Position numbers and translations under genes: made by a program | In this document: piece after piece, positions 1 through 12,288 of the stretch | Layout: the number at the start of each line of letters is the position of its first letter | Numbering within the stretch: position 1 is the stretch's first letter | Source: Azolla caroliniana | Lineage: Eukaryota; Plantae; Polypodiophyta | Direction: 5' to 3' | NCBI GenBank assembly: GCA_043228905.1 | Contig: JBHGNT010000005.1 | Span: 16,120,001-16,184,000, forward strand | Length of the DNA: 64,000 nt | The notes under the pieces: model-generated | What the model was told of the DNA's origin: nothing | The model's database searches: none | What the model saw: only the letters and a program-made list of their open reading frames with translations

Positions 1-2591
1 TCATGCAGGGAATCCATCTCCTCCTGCATGGCACTTAACCACCTGCGACTATGGGTGTCAAGCTTTGCTTCTTCAAAACTCTCCGGCTCCCCCTCGTCGG
101 TTAGCAGCACGTGCTCTGGTTCCGGAAATCTCCGGGGGGGCCTTCTCTCTCTTAGAGGATATCTCCGTTCCGGAGCTTCGGTAACCGGCTCCTCCGTTTC
201 CTCTTCATCCGAATCGATTTCGGGATCGGGGCCGGTTCCGGTATCAGTTTCATCTTCCTCGGCCGGTTCTGTTTCTTCACCGTCTTCGGCCGGATCCTCG
301 AGTGCTAACCGGTCCCTTGCCGGTCGGGACTGCTCCTCGTAGAGTTGATCCTCACCGGTCGACTTGGAGCTCTTCATCTTCTTCTCCGACTCCCAGTCGG
401 CGAGTGTCTTGTCCTCCATGAAGATGATATCACGACTCCGGAATATCTTCTTGTCGACCGGGTCCCATACTCGGTAGCCGAACTCGTCGTTGCCGTAACC
501 GAGGAATATGCATAGCCGGGTCTTTGGATCTAACTTTCCTCTCCGGTCCTTTGCCACATGCACGTATGCAAGACACCCGAACACCTTCAGATGCCGGTAG
601 GACACTTCCTTACCGGTCCACACTCTCTGTGGCGTGTCTCCATCCAGGGGTACCGAGGGTGATCTATTTATCACATATGTCGCCGTCGACATTGCCTCAG
701 CCCAAAATCCCTTGGGTAATTTCGCATGCGCCAGCATACTCCGGACCCTCTCCATTATGGTCCGGTTCATCCTCTCGGCCAGTCCGTTCAGTTCCGGCGT
801 CTTCGGCACAGTAAACTCGAGCCGGATTCCCTTCGAACGGCAATACTCCTCGAACTGCCCCCGGTATTCGCCTCCGTTATCCGCTCGTAGTGCTTTCAGC
901 TTCTTGCCGGATTCTCTTTCCACTCTCGCGTGGAGTTCTTTGAAGACGGACAATACTTGGTCCTTTGTCTTCCACGGTGCCGTCCACAGCTTCCGGCTAT
1001 GGTCATCTATGAATGTTACGAAGTACTGAGCTCCGCCATGTGACTTCGTTTCTACCTGACACACATCAGTGTGTACCAACTTCAATGGTACACTACGTCT
1101 CATCGGTGGCCTTGAGTGGAAGGAGGTTCGGTTCTGCTTATCGGCCAGGCAGTCGGTGCACTTCTCCAGGTGCACATGCTTCACTGGAATAAGGTTATCT
1201 TCTGCAAGCCTCTTCATCCCCTTCTCGCTCATGTGGCACAGTCTCTTGTGCCACAGCTCACCGGCAGTGTCAGCTGCCACGTTCAGCTCCTCCGGACATA
1301 GCCAGGAATTCATCAGGTACAGTGTGTTGACCTTCCGGGCCCGAGCCACTATCAGGCTCCCTTTGCTGAACTTCATGACACCGTTCCGGATGCTACCTGT
1401 GTAGCCTTCATCGTCTAGCCTCCCGGCCGAAATCAGGTTCAATCGAACCTCCGGAACGTGTCGGACATCCTTTAGCAGCATCTTGCATCCGGTTGATGTC
1501 ATCAGCCACACGTCTCCTATGCCGGCATTCCGGCATGTACCTTCATTTCCCATCCGGACACAGCCGTGCTCACCGGCTGTATAGGATGAGAAGTATTTCT
1601 TCTCCGGGGTCAGGTGGAACGACGCTCCGGAATCGACCACCCAGGTCATCTCTTCACCGGCAAGGTTTAGCTCCCTCTCTTCGGTAATGAGTATTATCTC
1701 TTCTTCACTTGCCGCGAGTGCCGTCGTTCCTTTCCGGTCCTGCCCTCGCCGATCCGGACCTCTCCGGTCCGTGGCTCCCCGGTATGCACCGTTTCGCTCC
1801 GGTGACTTCTTCGAATCGGTACCGTCGGTTCCGTTGTCTTTCCGGAAATGCCGACAGTTCTTCTGGAAGTGCCCCGGCTTCCCACAGTAGAAGCATGTGG
1901 GTCTTGCCCTCGACTGCGACCGTGTCCCCGACTTCTCCCGTCTTTGCGGGCTCCGGTTCCGTTGTCTTCCCCGTTCCGATTCGGTAAGCAGCGCCTTCGA
2001 GTCGGAGGCCGGTTCTTTATCTCTCCGACGCGCTTCTTCATTTAGAATACTTGTCTTTACCGTTAGTAAAGACAAGTTCTCTTCCTTACAGGAGGTGCTG
2101 AGAGTAACTACCAAGTTCTCCCAGCTCTCCGGAAGGGTACACATCAGCATGATGGCTTGCATTGCGTCATCCAACGGGAACTTGATCGCTGCAAGCTGGT
2201 TCACGAATCCCATGAACGTGCTGACGTGTTCGACCATGCTCTCGCCGTCCCGGTACTTAAGATTCACTATCTTCCTCATCAGGGAGGTCCGGGTCAGAGC
2301 ATTCTTCCTCTCATACAGTCCGGACAGCTTCTTGCACATCTCATAGGCATTCGTATCGTTCGCCACATGTTGCAGGACACTTACATCGACATATTGCCGG
2401 ATCGTCGCTACGACTTTCCGGTTCAGGAGCTTCCACTCCGACTCTATTACCCCCTTGGGTATCTCGGCATTGTCGATCGGTTCGTACAGGTCTCGGACGA
2501 TGAGAAGGTCTTCCATCTTTATCTTCCAGTCGGCGTAGTTCTGTGAGTTCAACACCATCATGCCCGGAGGCCCACTACCACCGCCTTCCAT
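1..2591 (-). CDS. gag-pol polyprotein of copia A (partial: Gag, CCHC knuckle, protease, integrase, start of RT)
   Basis: The ATG at 2591 is in frame with the RT codons at the window edge, and the ORF track shows no stop-terminated ORF in this frame, so it appears open over about 863 codons. It has CAG where element C has its premature TAG. Confidence 0.85.
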   Translation of the reverse strand, partial: MEGGGSGPPGMMVLNSQNYADWKIKMEDLLIVRDLYEPIDNAEIPKGVIESEWKLLNRKVVATIRQYVDVSVLQHVANDTNAYEMCKKLSGLYERKNALTRTSLMRKIVNLKYRDGESMVEHVSTFMGFVNQLAAIKFPLDDAMQAIMLMCTLPESWENLVVTLSTSCKEENLSLLTVKTSILNEEARRRDKEPASDSKALLTESERGRQRNRSPQRREKSGTRSQSRARPTCFYCGKPGHFQKNCRHFRKDNGTDGTDSKKSPERNGAYRGATDRRGPDRRGQDRKGTTALAASEEEIILITEERELNLAGEEMTWVVDSGASFHLTPEKKYFSSYTAGEHGCVRMGNEGTCRNAGIGDVWLMTSTGCKMLLKDVRHVPEVRLNLISAGRLDDEGYTGSIRNGVMKFSKGSLIVARARKVNTLYLMNSWLCPEELNVAADTAGELWHKRLCHMSEKGMKRLAEDNLIPVKHVHLEKCTDCLADKQNRTSFHSRPPMRRSVPLKLVHTDVCQVETKSHGGAQYFVTFIDDHSRKLWTAPWKTKDQVLSVFKELHARVERESGKKLKALRADNGGEYRGQFEEYCRSKGIRLEFTVPKTPELNGLAERMNRTIMERVRSMLAHAKLPKGFWAEAMSTATYVINRSPSVPLDGDTPQRVWTGKEVSYRHLKVFGCLAYVHVAKDRRGKLDPKTRLCIFLGYGNDEFGYRVWDPVDKKIFRSRDIIFMEDKTLADWESEKKMKSSKSTGEDQLYEEQSRPARDRLALEDPAEDGEETEPAEEDETDTGTGPDPEIDSDEEETEEPVTEAPERRYPLRERRPPRRFPEPEHVLLTDEGEPESFEEAKLDTHSRRWLSAMQEEMDSLH

Positions 2592-2622
2592 TTTCTGTGT
2601 TACCGTCGCTCTGATACCACTT

Positions 2623-2885
2623 TGTTGAACACGGTGCTCGGCCACAACCGAGGAATAGGATCAACTCACAGAAAATAGGAAATACAAAATGCACGAAGAC
2701 AATAGAGAGAAAAATACACAGGATGTTTTACGTGGAAAACCCTAAATGGGAAAAACCACGGGAATCCTCAAACTCCAACTATCACTATGAACAGAGATGT
2801 ACAATGGTGAAGCCACAAGGCAACAACCTTGAGCTCACTGTCTTCGCCACAGGCGGCGGTAATACACAGAGGCAACGACCTCTTC

Positions 2886-2944
<59 letters not shown>

Positions 2945-3349
2945 CTGCTCTCTTCACTCCCTCTAAGTGGAAAACAGAAAATGAGCAACAGTCACAAAAC
3001 TGTTTGCCCTAAGTCATCTTTATACACATATGACTTTCGGGCTATTTACAAATATAGCCTCAAGGGCCCTTGGCAAACATATTCACAAATATGTCCCCGC
3101 ATCCGGATCTCTCTCCGGGTACATTCATCATCTGGCTCCGTAGCCGGGGTCTTCGTCATCCGGCTCCGTAGCCGGGGTCTTCATCATCCGGCTCTGAAGC
3201 CGGGTCTTCGTCATCCGGCTCCGTAGCCGGGGTCTTCATCATCCGGCTCCGTAGCCGGGTACTCTTCATTCTCCGGTTCCGTAACCGTAACCAGGCTTGC
3301 CGTCATTCATCTCCGGACATCCCATCCGGAGGGACCAAAAATCCCAACA
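2623..3349 (-). repeat. 5' LTR of copia A, with a (CT)n microsatellite and ~27-bp CCGG-rich tandem repeats
   Basis: TG...CA termini, adjacent PBS, U3/R homologous to the LTRs at 11505 and 16373. Confidence 0.93.
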
Positions 3350-3695
3350 GAATATACACAGTTCGCGGGAGAGACAGAGAGAGAGAACACACTGAAAAAT
3401 AGTTCAAAATCATACTCAATTTGTACATCGTATGTGTTCAGTGAACACTTTTATACAAGTCCATACGGACTGACAAAAGTACGGTGTAGTTCAATGCTCA
3501 CACAAGCGTCTGACACTGACTATGAGACATTAACTACCTAGTAGTCTAGGCTGCTATTAGGCTTCCGGTTACTGATGGATCCAGCTAACCGGCTCCCCAG
3601 CTCACTGACTCAGTGATCCGGCTCATCCTTTTAGATGTCAATCCGGCTTAGGCTTACTTAGCCAATCCGGATCCAGTTGAGCTTGCCACTCAACA
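3350..3695 (-). repeat. Partial 3' LTR of copia B
   Basis: Clear similarity to 8749-9092; ends at CAACA next to the PPT. Confidence 0.9.
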
Positions 3696-3857
3696 CTCCC
3701 CCTCAAGCTCAACTTGAGGTCGGATCGTAGTGTCAGTCTCCATGGCAGCCGGTCCTTCCACCCGGCTCCTTCTGGCGTCACTCTGCCTCGTTCGCGCTCC
3801 TCGTCCGGTCCGGTCCCGTTTGCCGCGACCCTTCTGTTTTTGCACACCTCGACCTCC

Positions 3858-6800
3858 TCAGTCAACTTGTCTGCTCAATAGGCCCAAATCAGCTCCCTCG
3901 CTGTTGTGACTTCGGCGCTTGTCGATTCGACGATTCCTTCGTGTTGGCATCGACTTTTGTTGCCTTCTCGTCCTTTTGGCCTTGAATTGATCCGGTTCTT
4001 CCGAATCTATCTGTTGAACCGAATCGACTGTCTCCGATTCGTCCCAGCTCTTGTCCGAATAGGTCACTCCCAATTCGTCTTCTAGTTCCAAGCCCTTCAC
4101 CACATTGGACCATGTCCGGGTCTTGGCCTTCTTCTTCCAGTCGGCTCTGTCCTTCTTGACTTTGCCACCGTTGCCGCTTGTTCCAACCTGTTCGGATGTT
4201 TCAACTACCTTTGTCGACTCGGCTCCTTTCTTCTTCTTGTCTCGCCCTCTATCGGTTCTTCCCTCACCGGTGCAATCAGCGGTTTCTTTGCCTTTGCTTG
4301 TTTTGGTGTCTTTTCCCGTTCTCCCCCTCAAGTGTAGCACGTCAAGATGCTGAACACCAAGCATTCCGGTGAAGTGTTGCAACTTGTCCGATGCGAGCGG
4401 CTTCGTGAAGATGTCGGCAACTTGCCGATCCGTATGAACATACCAAAGTTCGACTTCACCACTGAAAAACACGCACACACACGAAGTGGTAGTGCACTTC
4501 TATGTGCTTCGTGCGAGCATGGAATACGGGGTTCTTGGCGAGCTGCATGCTACTTATGTTGTCACAGTAGATCAGGATCAGGTTCGACACCTCGATCCGC
4601 AGGTCTTGCAGTAGTCCCCGAAGCCAAATGGCTTCACAGGTGGCAACGGTAGTGCCCTGGTATTCAGCCTCAGTGCTCGGAAGGGCCACTGTTGGCTGCT
4701 TTTTGCTGCTCCACGCAACAGTCGCGCTACCAAGGGAAAACATATATCCGGAGGTGGATCGACGATCCGATGCATCGCCAACCCAGTCGGCATCGGTGCA
4801 GCCGACTAGCTCTTCGGTTATACCATGCCGGTATAACAATCCTCGTTCCTTCGTGCCGCTCACATATCGTAAAATTCGATGCGCGCACAGAAGGTACTCC
4901 ACGGTTGGCTTCTGCATATATTGGCTGATAATGTCGACCGGATAACTGATGTCGGGTCAGCTGATTGTCAAATATATAAGGCTTCCGACGATTTGTCGGA
5001 ACCGCTTCTCATCGCAGGCCAGTTCGGAGTCGAGACGGAGCTTCTGGTTTCAGTCCAGGGGTGTGGAGATCGGGCGGCATTCCGTCATGCCGAACTTATA
5101 CAGCATATTCAACACATAGTGTCTTTGTGAGAGCAATATGCCATCGGGGGTTCGGATCACCTCGATCCCAAGGAAATAGTGAAGGTCCCCCAGGTCCTTC
5201 ATCTCAAATGCGTCTGACAACTGGGACTTGACTAGGCTGATTTCATCGAGTCCGGGTCGAGTGATGACTAGATCATGAACATACAACAGGATGCAAACTG
5301 GACCGTCCGGACCTTTCCAGATGAACAACGAAGAGTCAGACTTGGAGGCCGCAAACCCCATCTTACGCAACCGGTGTGTGATCGTGGCATTCCAAGCTTG
5401 GGGGGCTTGCTTCAGGCCATAAAGTGACTTCTTCAGCCGGCATACCCCCGACTTGTTCATCCCCGACTGGAAACCGGGGGGTTGGGTCATAAAGACCTCT
5501 TCTTCAAGATCTCCTTGAAGAAATGCATTCTTCACGTCCATCTGGTGAAGATGCCACCCCCTTGCCGCAGCAACCGCCAGCACCACACGAACCGTAGTCA
5601 TCTTCGCTACCGGAGCGAAGGTCTCGTCGTAGTCGATTTCGTGGGTCTACGCGTATCCCTTCGCCACTAACCGGGCCTTGTACCGATTGATTGAACCATC
5701 GGCATTGTACTTTACCTTGTACACCCACTTACATCCGATCGGTTTACAGTGTCGGGGAGGGTCAACTAGGTCCCATGTGTCGTTGGCATCAAGTGCCCGC
5801 ATTTCTTCCTCTATAGCGGCATGCCAACTTGCGTCCCTTGCCGCTTCTTCATAGCTCTCCAGCTCACACACTTCCGCCACCTTGGTCATGTACGCATAGT
5901 GATGCGCCATGTACTCATTGTACCCGTACCGCTTCACGGGGTTCTTCTGGTAGGAAGACCGGCGTAACTTATCGTTACCCGGTTTGAGGCCCTTCTTAGC
6001 CAGTTCGGACTTCATTCTCGAAGATCCACCTTCATCCTTTCCGGAATCGGATTCACTCCGATCCGACTCAACGTTGTCGGTTTCGTATTCCGGCATCTTC
6101 CTCTTCCCCTTCTCTTTGCGCGTGAACCGTCTCCTCGGTTCCTTGCGCGGGGAGAGCACGGCAGAGTCTCCATTACTCGTTGGTTCCTCATCCGACTGGT
6201 CATCCCCACTCAGCCGCTCATTTGGTCCACTTAACTGAAATGAGATCGAACTCTCTTCTAGAGTGCCGAGGTCTTCATCTTCTATTTGGATTGGTTCAAG
6301 CTCACTAGCCTCATCCTCTGGTATCAGGTCGGAGCCGGTAAGGCATACCATGATGCCGTCTCATCAAACTCAACATCTCAACTAACTCGGACCTACTTCG
6401 TCCGGGGGTTATAACACTTATACCCCTTTTGCTCATCCGAGTAACCGACCAGGATGCATTTCTCCGACTTTGCATCCAACTTCCTCCACTTCTCATCTGG
6501 CACATGCACATATGCAATGCTACCGAATATTCGAAGGTGTCTCAAATTCGACTTGCGTCCGAAATACAGCTCATGCGCAGACACCTTGTCACCAATTCGG
6601 TTTTGGATGTAGACAGTCGTCCGGACCGCCTCTGCCCAGTAGAAATGGGGCATGCTCTTCTCCTCCAGCATTGCCCTTGCCGCGTCGACAATCGACCGGT
6701 TCTTCCTTTCAGCCACACCGTTTTGCTCCGGTGTGTATCTGCAGCTGAACTCTCTCCGAATTCCTTTTAGCTGTAGATAACTGTTGAATTGGCCGAAAAA

Positions 6801-8599
6801 ATATTCTTTTCCGCTATCCGACCGCAGGCACTTGATTTTCCTCCCCATCTCCCGTTCAACCAGGCTTTGCATGTTCCGGAAAAACTCGAAGACTTCGCTC
6901 TTCTGCTCAATGAGGTAGATCCATGTGTGCCGGCTATAGTCGTCGATGAAGGAGACGAAATACCAACTCCCACCAAGACTAATGTTTTGTGTCGGTCCCC
7001 ATACATCCGAATGAATAAGGTCAAGCTTGTTATGGCTACAATTTCGTTCGGTGGGGAATGGAAGCCGGTGTTGCTTCCCGAGTTGGCAGGCTTCACATAT
7101 TTGGGCCTTCCAGCCACTGAACTTCGGCAAACCAAAAACAACTTGTTTCGTTTGCAGGTCTTGAAGCCTTGGGTAATTGATGTGACCGATCCGCTTGTGC
7201 CATAGGTCGATGTCCGATTCGACCTTCTGTCCTTTGGCGAACAAAGCAGTGCCTACGTCATTGGTGTCGAGGATGAACATCCTCCCGTCTCTGCGCCCTT
7301 GCCCAATAATCTGGCCCTCTTCCTCGATGATGCACCCTAGGTGCGTAAACCGCACCTGCATCCCCTGGTCAACAATCTGGCCGACTGACACTAGGTTCTT
7401 CGTGATAGTCGGAACATGTAATACATTCATCAGCTTCCCCCTCTATCCGACGTGGCTCAAAGGGACTTCTCCAACATGCACGATTGGGTGAGGAGTGTCA
7501 TCTCCGGTTTCGACGACTCCCAGTTGTTCCGGTTTCTCCAAGAAGGAGAACCACTCTTTGTGGCTCGTCATGTGATTCAACACACCGGAATCAACATACC
7601 ACACTTCCTCTGATTTGGAAGTAGTCTTCTTCATCGAGTTAGCCTCGTGTTTCACTACCAAGGTTGGCCCTTTACTGGCTTTTCCGGTTTTGGATCCTCC
7701 TGCGTAGTGCGAATATTGTCGGTTCTCTCTGTTGGCCTTGCCGTATCCAAATCGGCGCGCTTCTTCCAGCGCTCGCTTTCTCTGTGGCCCTTTTTACCAC
7801 AGTACCAGCATTCTGTGTTGGCCTTTGCTTGCCGGCCTCCGGCGCCGCCTTGACTCCCCTTGCTTATGGGGGGTTCGGAACTGCTGTCGGCACGTTCTCT
7901 GTGCCTTCGGTCCTGCTCTTGCCGGCCTCTACCATTGCGAGCCAACCCGCCTCATCCACCATGCCCACGGGGCCGATCCACCTCCGTGTACAGCATCCAG
8001 CTATCGATGGGTGCACTTGTTGACGCACCGGCATGGTTCTCCTCTACAAGGAGCATCGACTGTAAGTCGAAAAATGACGACGTATTCTCCCTCGTACACA
8101 CAGCAATTTGGAACACTCCGAACTTTGACGCCAAACCTCCGAGACAAATTTGCACCATATCGGCTTCTTCAATATTCACATCGATGGAGGCCATAGAGTC
8201 GAAAATGTCCTTGATTTTGGAGGTGTAGTCTGCCACCGACAAGTCGCGTTGTCGTAGGTTGCTCAACTCCTGTCGGAGTTGAAGCTTCCTGGCTATAGTG
8301 CTTGCGGAGAAAATCTTCTTCAGATTTCCCCAAGCATCTTTCGGCGTTTTTGCATCCTGAATGTAGCTTAGGAGTTGTTCGCCCACACAAGACGCAAAGC
8401 ATTACAGTACTCTGCTCGCCGACTATTCCCACACCGGGAAATCTTTGTGTGTCGATTCGGGTGCTGTGTCATTTGCTCCGTCGACATAGCTCCAGTAACC
8501 GTGCCCGAGCAGGTACTGGTGCATCTTGTAGGACCAAGATGCGTAGTTGTTTCTGTCAAGCTTCTCCGTCGGGAGCGAGCTAGTCATTCCTCTGTCCAT
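3858..8599 (-). pseudogene. Disrupted gag-pol of copia B, including a ~150-aa charged C-terminal extension after RNase H
   Basis: Fragments with CWYCGKKGH (knuckle), WYVDSG (PR), HSDVWGP and FIDDYSR (INT), QMDVKNAFL and LYVHD (RT), ARTKHIEVHYHF and ADIFTKPL (RH); several stops and frameshifts. Confidence 0.9.
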
Positions 8600-8681
8600 T
8601 ACTTCTCTTTCTGTTCTTAGGGTTTGTCTTCAGATGCTGATGTCAGCTACAAAGGTTCTCAACCCTCGCGCTCTGATACCA

Positions 8682-9092
8682 TGTAAAGAATAGCATGCGG
8701 AAGCTAGTAGAAAACCGAACACAGAAACGCAGGTTTAATGGAGAGCTTGAATATACATAGTACGCGGGAGAGATAGAGAGAGAGCACACACTGAAAAATA
8801 GTTCAAAATAATACTCAATTTGTACATCGTATGTGTTTAGTGAACACTTTTATACAAGTCCATACGGACTGACAGAAGTACGGTGTACTTCAATGCTCAA
8901 ACAAGCGTCTGACACTAACTATGAGACATTAACTACCTAGTAGCCTAGGCTGCTACTAGGCTTCCGATTACTGATGGATCCGGCTAACCGGCTCCCCAGC
9001 TCACCGATCCGGCTCATCCTTCCAGATGTCGATCCGGCTCAGGCTTATTCAACCGATCCGGATCCGGATCCGGTTGAGCTTGCCGCTCAACA
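8682..9092 (-). repeat. 5' LTR of copia B
   Basis: TG...CA termini; directly followed on the minus strand by PBS TGGTATCAGAGC. Confidence 0.92.
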
Positions 9093-10460
9093 ATTTACTT
9101 TTCAAATTTGGGGAGTGGTTTGCTCATTTTTCTAGGGAGGATGAGTGGAGACAAACTGTCAAAAGGTGTTGTATTAGGATGTATACATTTGGTAGCAAGT
9201 CTTATGTGCTGCTAACTATGAGCAGGTTGAAGAAGGATTGTGTCTCAAGATGCATCTACTTTATGTATGTTACAAAGTGCTCAAGGGGCTCCCGGTTTGG
9301 ATTGTGGCTTCTAAGAATGCACTAATTTCATGATATTACCAGCATAGATTTGGTCAGGCAGCATCGAACCTTTTTGAACAAATGCAAAATGATGGTCTTT
9401 CTCTAGATGCAATCACCTTTGTAAGTTGGCTAAAGGCGGGTGGAAGAGTAGGAGTGGTTGATAGGCATAGAACTCACAATGAAATCATGAGTAAGAGGTT
9501 GTTAGAAGACATTATTGAGCTTGGGAATGCTTTGGTGGATATGTATGTTATATGTGGCAAGATTGAATAAACACAAAAAACAGTCAAGGATCTTTCAGTT
9601 CGAGATGTGGTCTCCTGGAATGGTTTAATATCGGGATATGTTGAAAAGGTTCATGTTGAAAAAGCACTAGATTCTTTAAAGAAAATGTAACTCGAGGGTC
9701 AAATATTGCCGGATGTGGTACAATGTTGTTAATGTTAGCATTTGTTGAACAATAATTGAGGCCTGCGAGCTTTTTGATGAATTATTGCTTATTGGAGATG
9801 TGGTACAAGGGACTGTCATGTTATTGGGCTATATTAAGCATGATAAGAATGAGGATGCTAACAATTTTATCCTCCAATGCTTGTGAATTATTGCTTATTG
9901 GAGATGTGGTACAAGGGACTGCCATGTTATTGGGCTATATTAAGCATGATAAGAATGAGGATGCTAACAATTTTATCCTCCAATGCTTGTGAAGGGTTTC
10001 CTCTTAACTAATATGATGACATTTTCTGGTATGTTGAAAGCATGTGCCAACATGGGAGAATTGATTGTACATACTAAAATGAAATTAGATTTTGTGATGA
10101 AGATAAGACAAAATCATGTGAGATGTGGCATGCCATATGATGTTATCAAACTGCATCAAAAACTGAAGGAATGTTGAGTAATACATGGTACAACACATTT
10201 TTGTGGCCCTTATCAAAAGCTTGTTCGCAGCTTGAGTGTTTCCGGATGCGATAACAATTTCTTTGGATTTCAAGCTTGCAATGGCATAGAATCCATTAAT
10301 AAAGGCCAAGAAATCCTTAGTCTACTTGTAAAATTCCTTGCTTGATATGGATGTTAAATAAGGCTGGGTTGCTGAAGCTACATGAGTATTCAACAGTTTT
10401 CCAGTTAAAGATGTTGCCTCGTGGACATCACTAATAATAGGATATGCAATATTCATTGTA
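9093..10460 (+). pseudogene. PLS-class pentatricopeptide repeat (PPR) pseudogene fragment
   Basis: Translated motifs MQNDGLSLDAITFVSWLKA, LGNALVDMY, RDVVSWNGLISGYV, TFSGMLKAC and KDVASWTSLIIGYA, with many stops and frameshifts. Confidence 0.8.
9778..9993 (+). repeat. Near-perfect 106-bp tandem duplication within the PPR remnant
   Basis: TGAATTATTGCTTATTGGAGATG...CCAATGCTTG starts at 9778 and again at 9884; one substitution seen. Confidence 0.9.
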
Positions 10461-11504
10461 ATAATGAACTATTTTGTATATTGCCTCTGGCCACTTTAAT
10501 TTTAATACCAATGGAGGATATTTTTTATGCTAAAAGTGTCTTGTGTTTGGAAGTTGGAGTCAAGGGTTCAAATCTGGAGTTTGGCAAGAGAAGTTACATC
10601 TTGTGATCGAACATTATAACTTTTGGTAAAATCTTGTATTCTGAATATAAAGCTTATCCTTATCATATTTTCTTGTTTCTTCAATCATACATTGTCTCTA
10701 TCTCGTCTCTACCTGTCTCTCTCTCGCACACATTACTTTTAACTCTTCTTCTTCCTAGATCCTTAATCTTTCTAACATCTCCGCACAAGCCTTATAAAAA
10801 TTTGGCGAACTCCCTTTAACCTTAGTCCTTGTGACCTCACCGCACGAACCACAATGACCTCGACATATTCGGTGAACCTGACATGAAAGCGATGTAAAGG
10901 AGAAATGGAGGAGCAAATGAGGCTTATGTGTACGATGATGGAACGAATGATTCAGGAGCAAGGGATGGCGGAAAACATCCACAAAGCCATTGACAATATT
11001 CTTGCACAAGTAGGAATCTTCGAAGGTATGAATTTAACAAGAGTTTTGAGGATTTACAATGAGGAAATGCTTAAACGAGGCGTCGACGAACCTGTGAAAA
11101 TGAATAGTTTTAGTCGAGTCGCCGTAGAGGGAGCATCAAACATGCCCACGACTTTCGAAAGAACATTATTGGATGAATGCAACCTCAATGATATGTCAAG
11201 GATGACACGATGAGCTTGGATAGGGTAGAGTTTGATAAACATTTAAGTGTTTTAGAAGCATTAAAAGAGTTTTTTGAAATATTTGAGCAATTAAATATTA
11301 GGTATAGAAATATAATAATGCCAGATAAAATAATATTGTTTCTACAAGCCACTAATATTAAAGATAGAAAGTACTTGGGAATGCTTCTGGAAGATCAAAA
11401 TAGTCCAAGTGGACTTACCGAAGACTGAGAGGAGGTAAAAAGAGCTTGCGCCCATTTTTGTAAAAGAAAGTTATGGTTTATGGAGCTACTAGAGAGAAAG
11501 GAAC

Positions 11505-12258
11505 TGTTGGGATTTACGGTCCCTCCGGATGGGATGTCCGGAGATGAATGACGGCAAGCCCGGTTGCGGTTACGGAACCGGAGGATGAAGAGTACCCGGC
11601 ATGAAGCCGGATGAAGAGTACCCGGCTACGGAGCCGGATGATGTAGACCCCGGCTACGGAGCCGGATGATGAAGACCCGGCTACGGAGCCGGATGATGAA
11701 GACCCGGCTACGGAGCCGGATGACGAAGACCCGGCTACGGAACCGGATGACGAAGACCCCGGCTACGGAGCCGGATGATTTATGTACCCGGAGAGAGATC
11801 CGGATGCGGGGACATATTTGTGAATATGTTTGCCAAGGGCCCTTGTGGCTATATTTGTAAATAGCCCGAAAGTCATATGTGTATAAATATGACTTAGGGC
11901 AAACAGTTTATGTTGCTGCTCATTTTCTGTTTTCCACTTAGAGGGAGCGAAGTGAGAGCAGCCGAGAGAGAGAGAGAGAGAGAAACGAGGAGGTCGTTGC
12001 CTCTGTGTATTACCGCCGCCTGTGGCGAGGACAGCGAGCTCAAGGTCGTCGCCTTGCAGCTCGCCATTGTATACTTCTCTGTATAGTGTTGGTTTGGAGT
12101 CTTGTACTCCCGTGGTTTTTCCCGTTTAGGGTTTTCCACGTTAATCCCTGTGTTATCGTGTCTTTCTCTGTGTTTCCTATTTTCTGCTGCATTGATTTGT
12201 GATTTCTCGGTTGTGGCCGAACGGTGAAGGTGAATCGAAGTGTTGATTCCCACCAACA
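11505..12258 (+). repeat. 5' LTR of copia C, with a 27-bp tandem array in U3
   Basis: TGTTGG...CCAACA; repeats of CCGGATGATGAAGACCCGGCTACGGAG at about 11580-11780. Confidence 0.97.
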
Positions 12259-12288
12259 AGTGGTATCAGAGCGACGGTAGTGCAGAAA

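Larger units (their letters stand above)
1..3349 (-). mobile_element. Ty1/copia LTR retrotransposon 'A' (Tnt1/Tork-like), 5' half; runs off the window start; inserted into the 3' LTR of element B
   Basis: 5' LTR at 2623-3349 (TGTTG...CAACA); PBS TGGTATCAGAGC (tRNA-iMet) at 2608-2619 on the minus strand; gag-PR-INT reading frame nearly identical to element C. Sequence from 3350 resumes the middle of the element B LTR (compare 8749 onward). Confidence 0.95.
3350..9092 (-). mobile_element. Ty1/copia LTR retrotransposon 'B', degenerate; 3' LTR interrupted by element A
   Basis: 5' LTR at 8682-9092 (TGTTGAGC...TTTACA on the minus strand); PBS at 8670-8681; PPT AGCTTGAGGGGGAG at about 3696-3709; partial 3' LTR at 3350-3695; Gag, PR, INT, RT and RNase H fragments in the ORF track. 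Confidence 0.93.

Noticed and set aside
28-2546. Many plus-strand ORFs over element A, and antisense ORFs over C, D and G
   Set aside because: Shadow frames of GC-rich gag-pol with no recognisable domains.
11580-11780. Regular short repeats resembling a CRISPR array (also at 3130-3270, 16450-16650, 38820-39040 and 58600-58820)
   Set aside because: Head-to-tail tandem units with no unique spacers, inside eukaryotic LTRs, and no cas genes.
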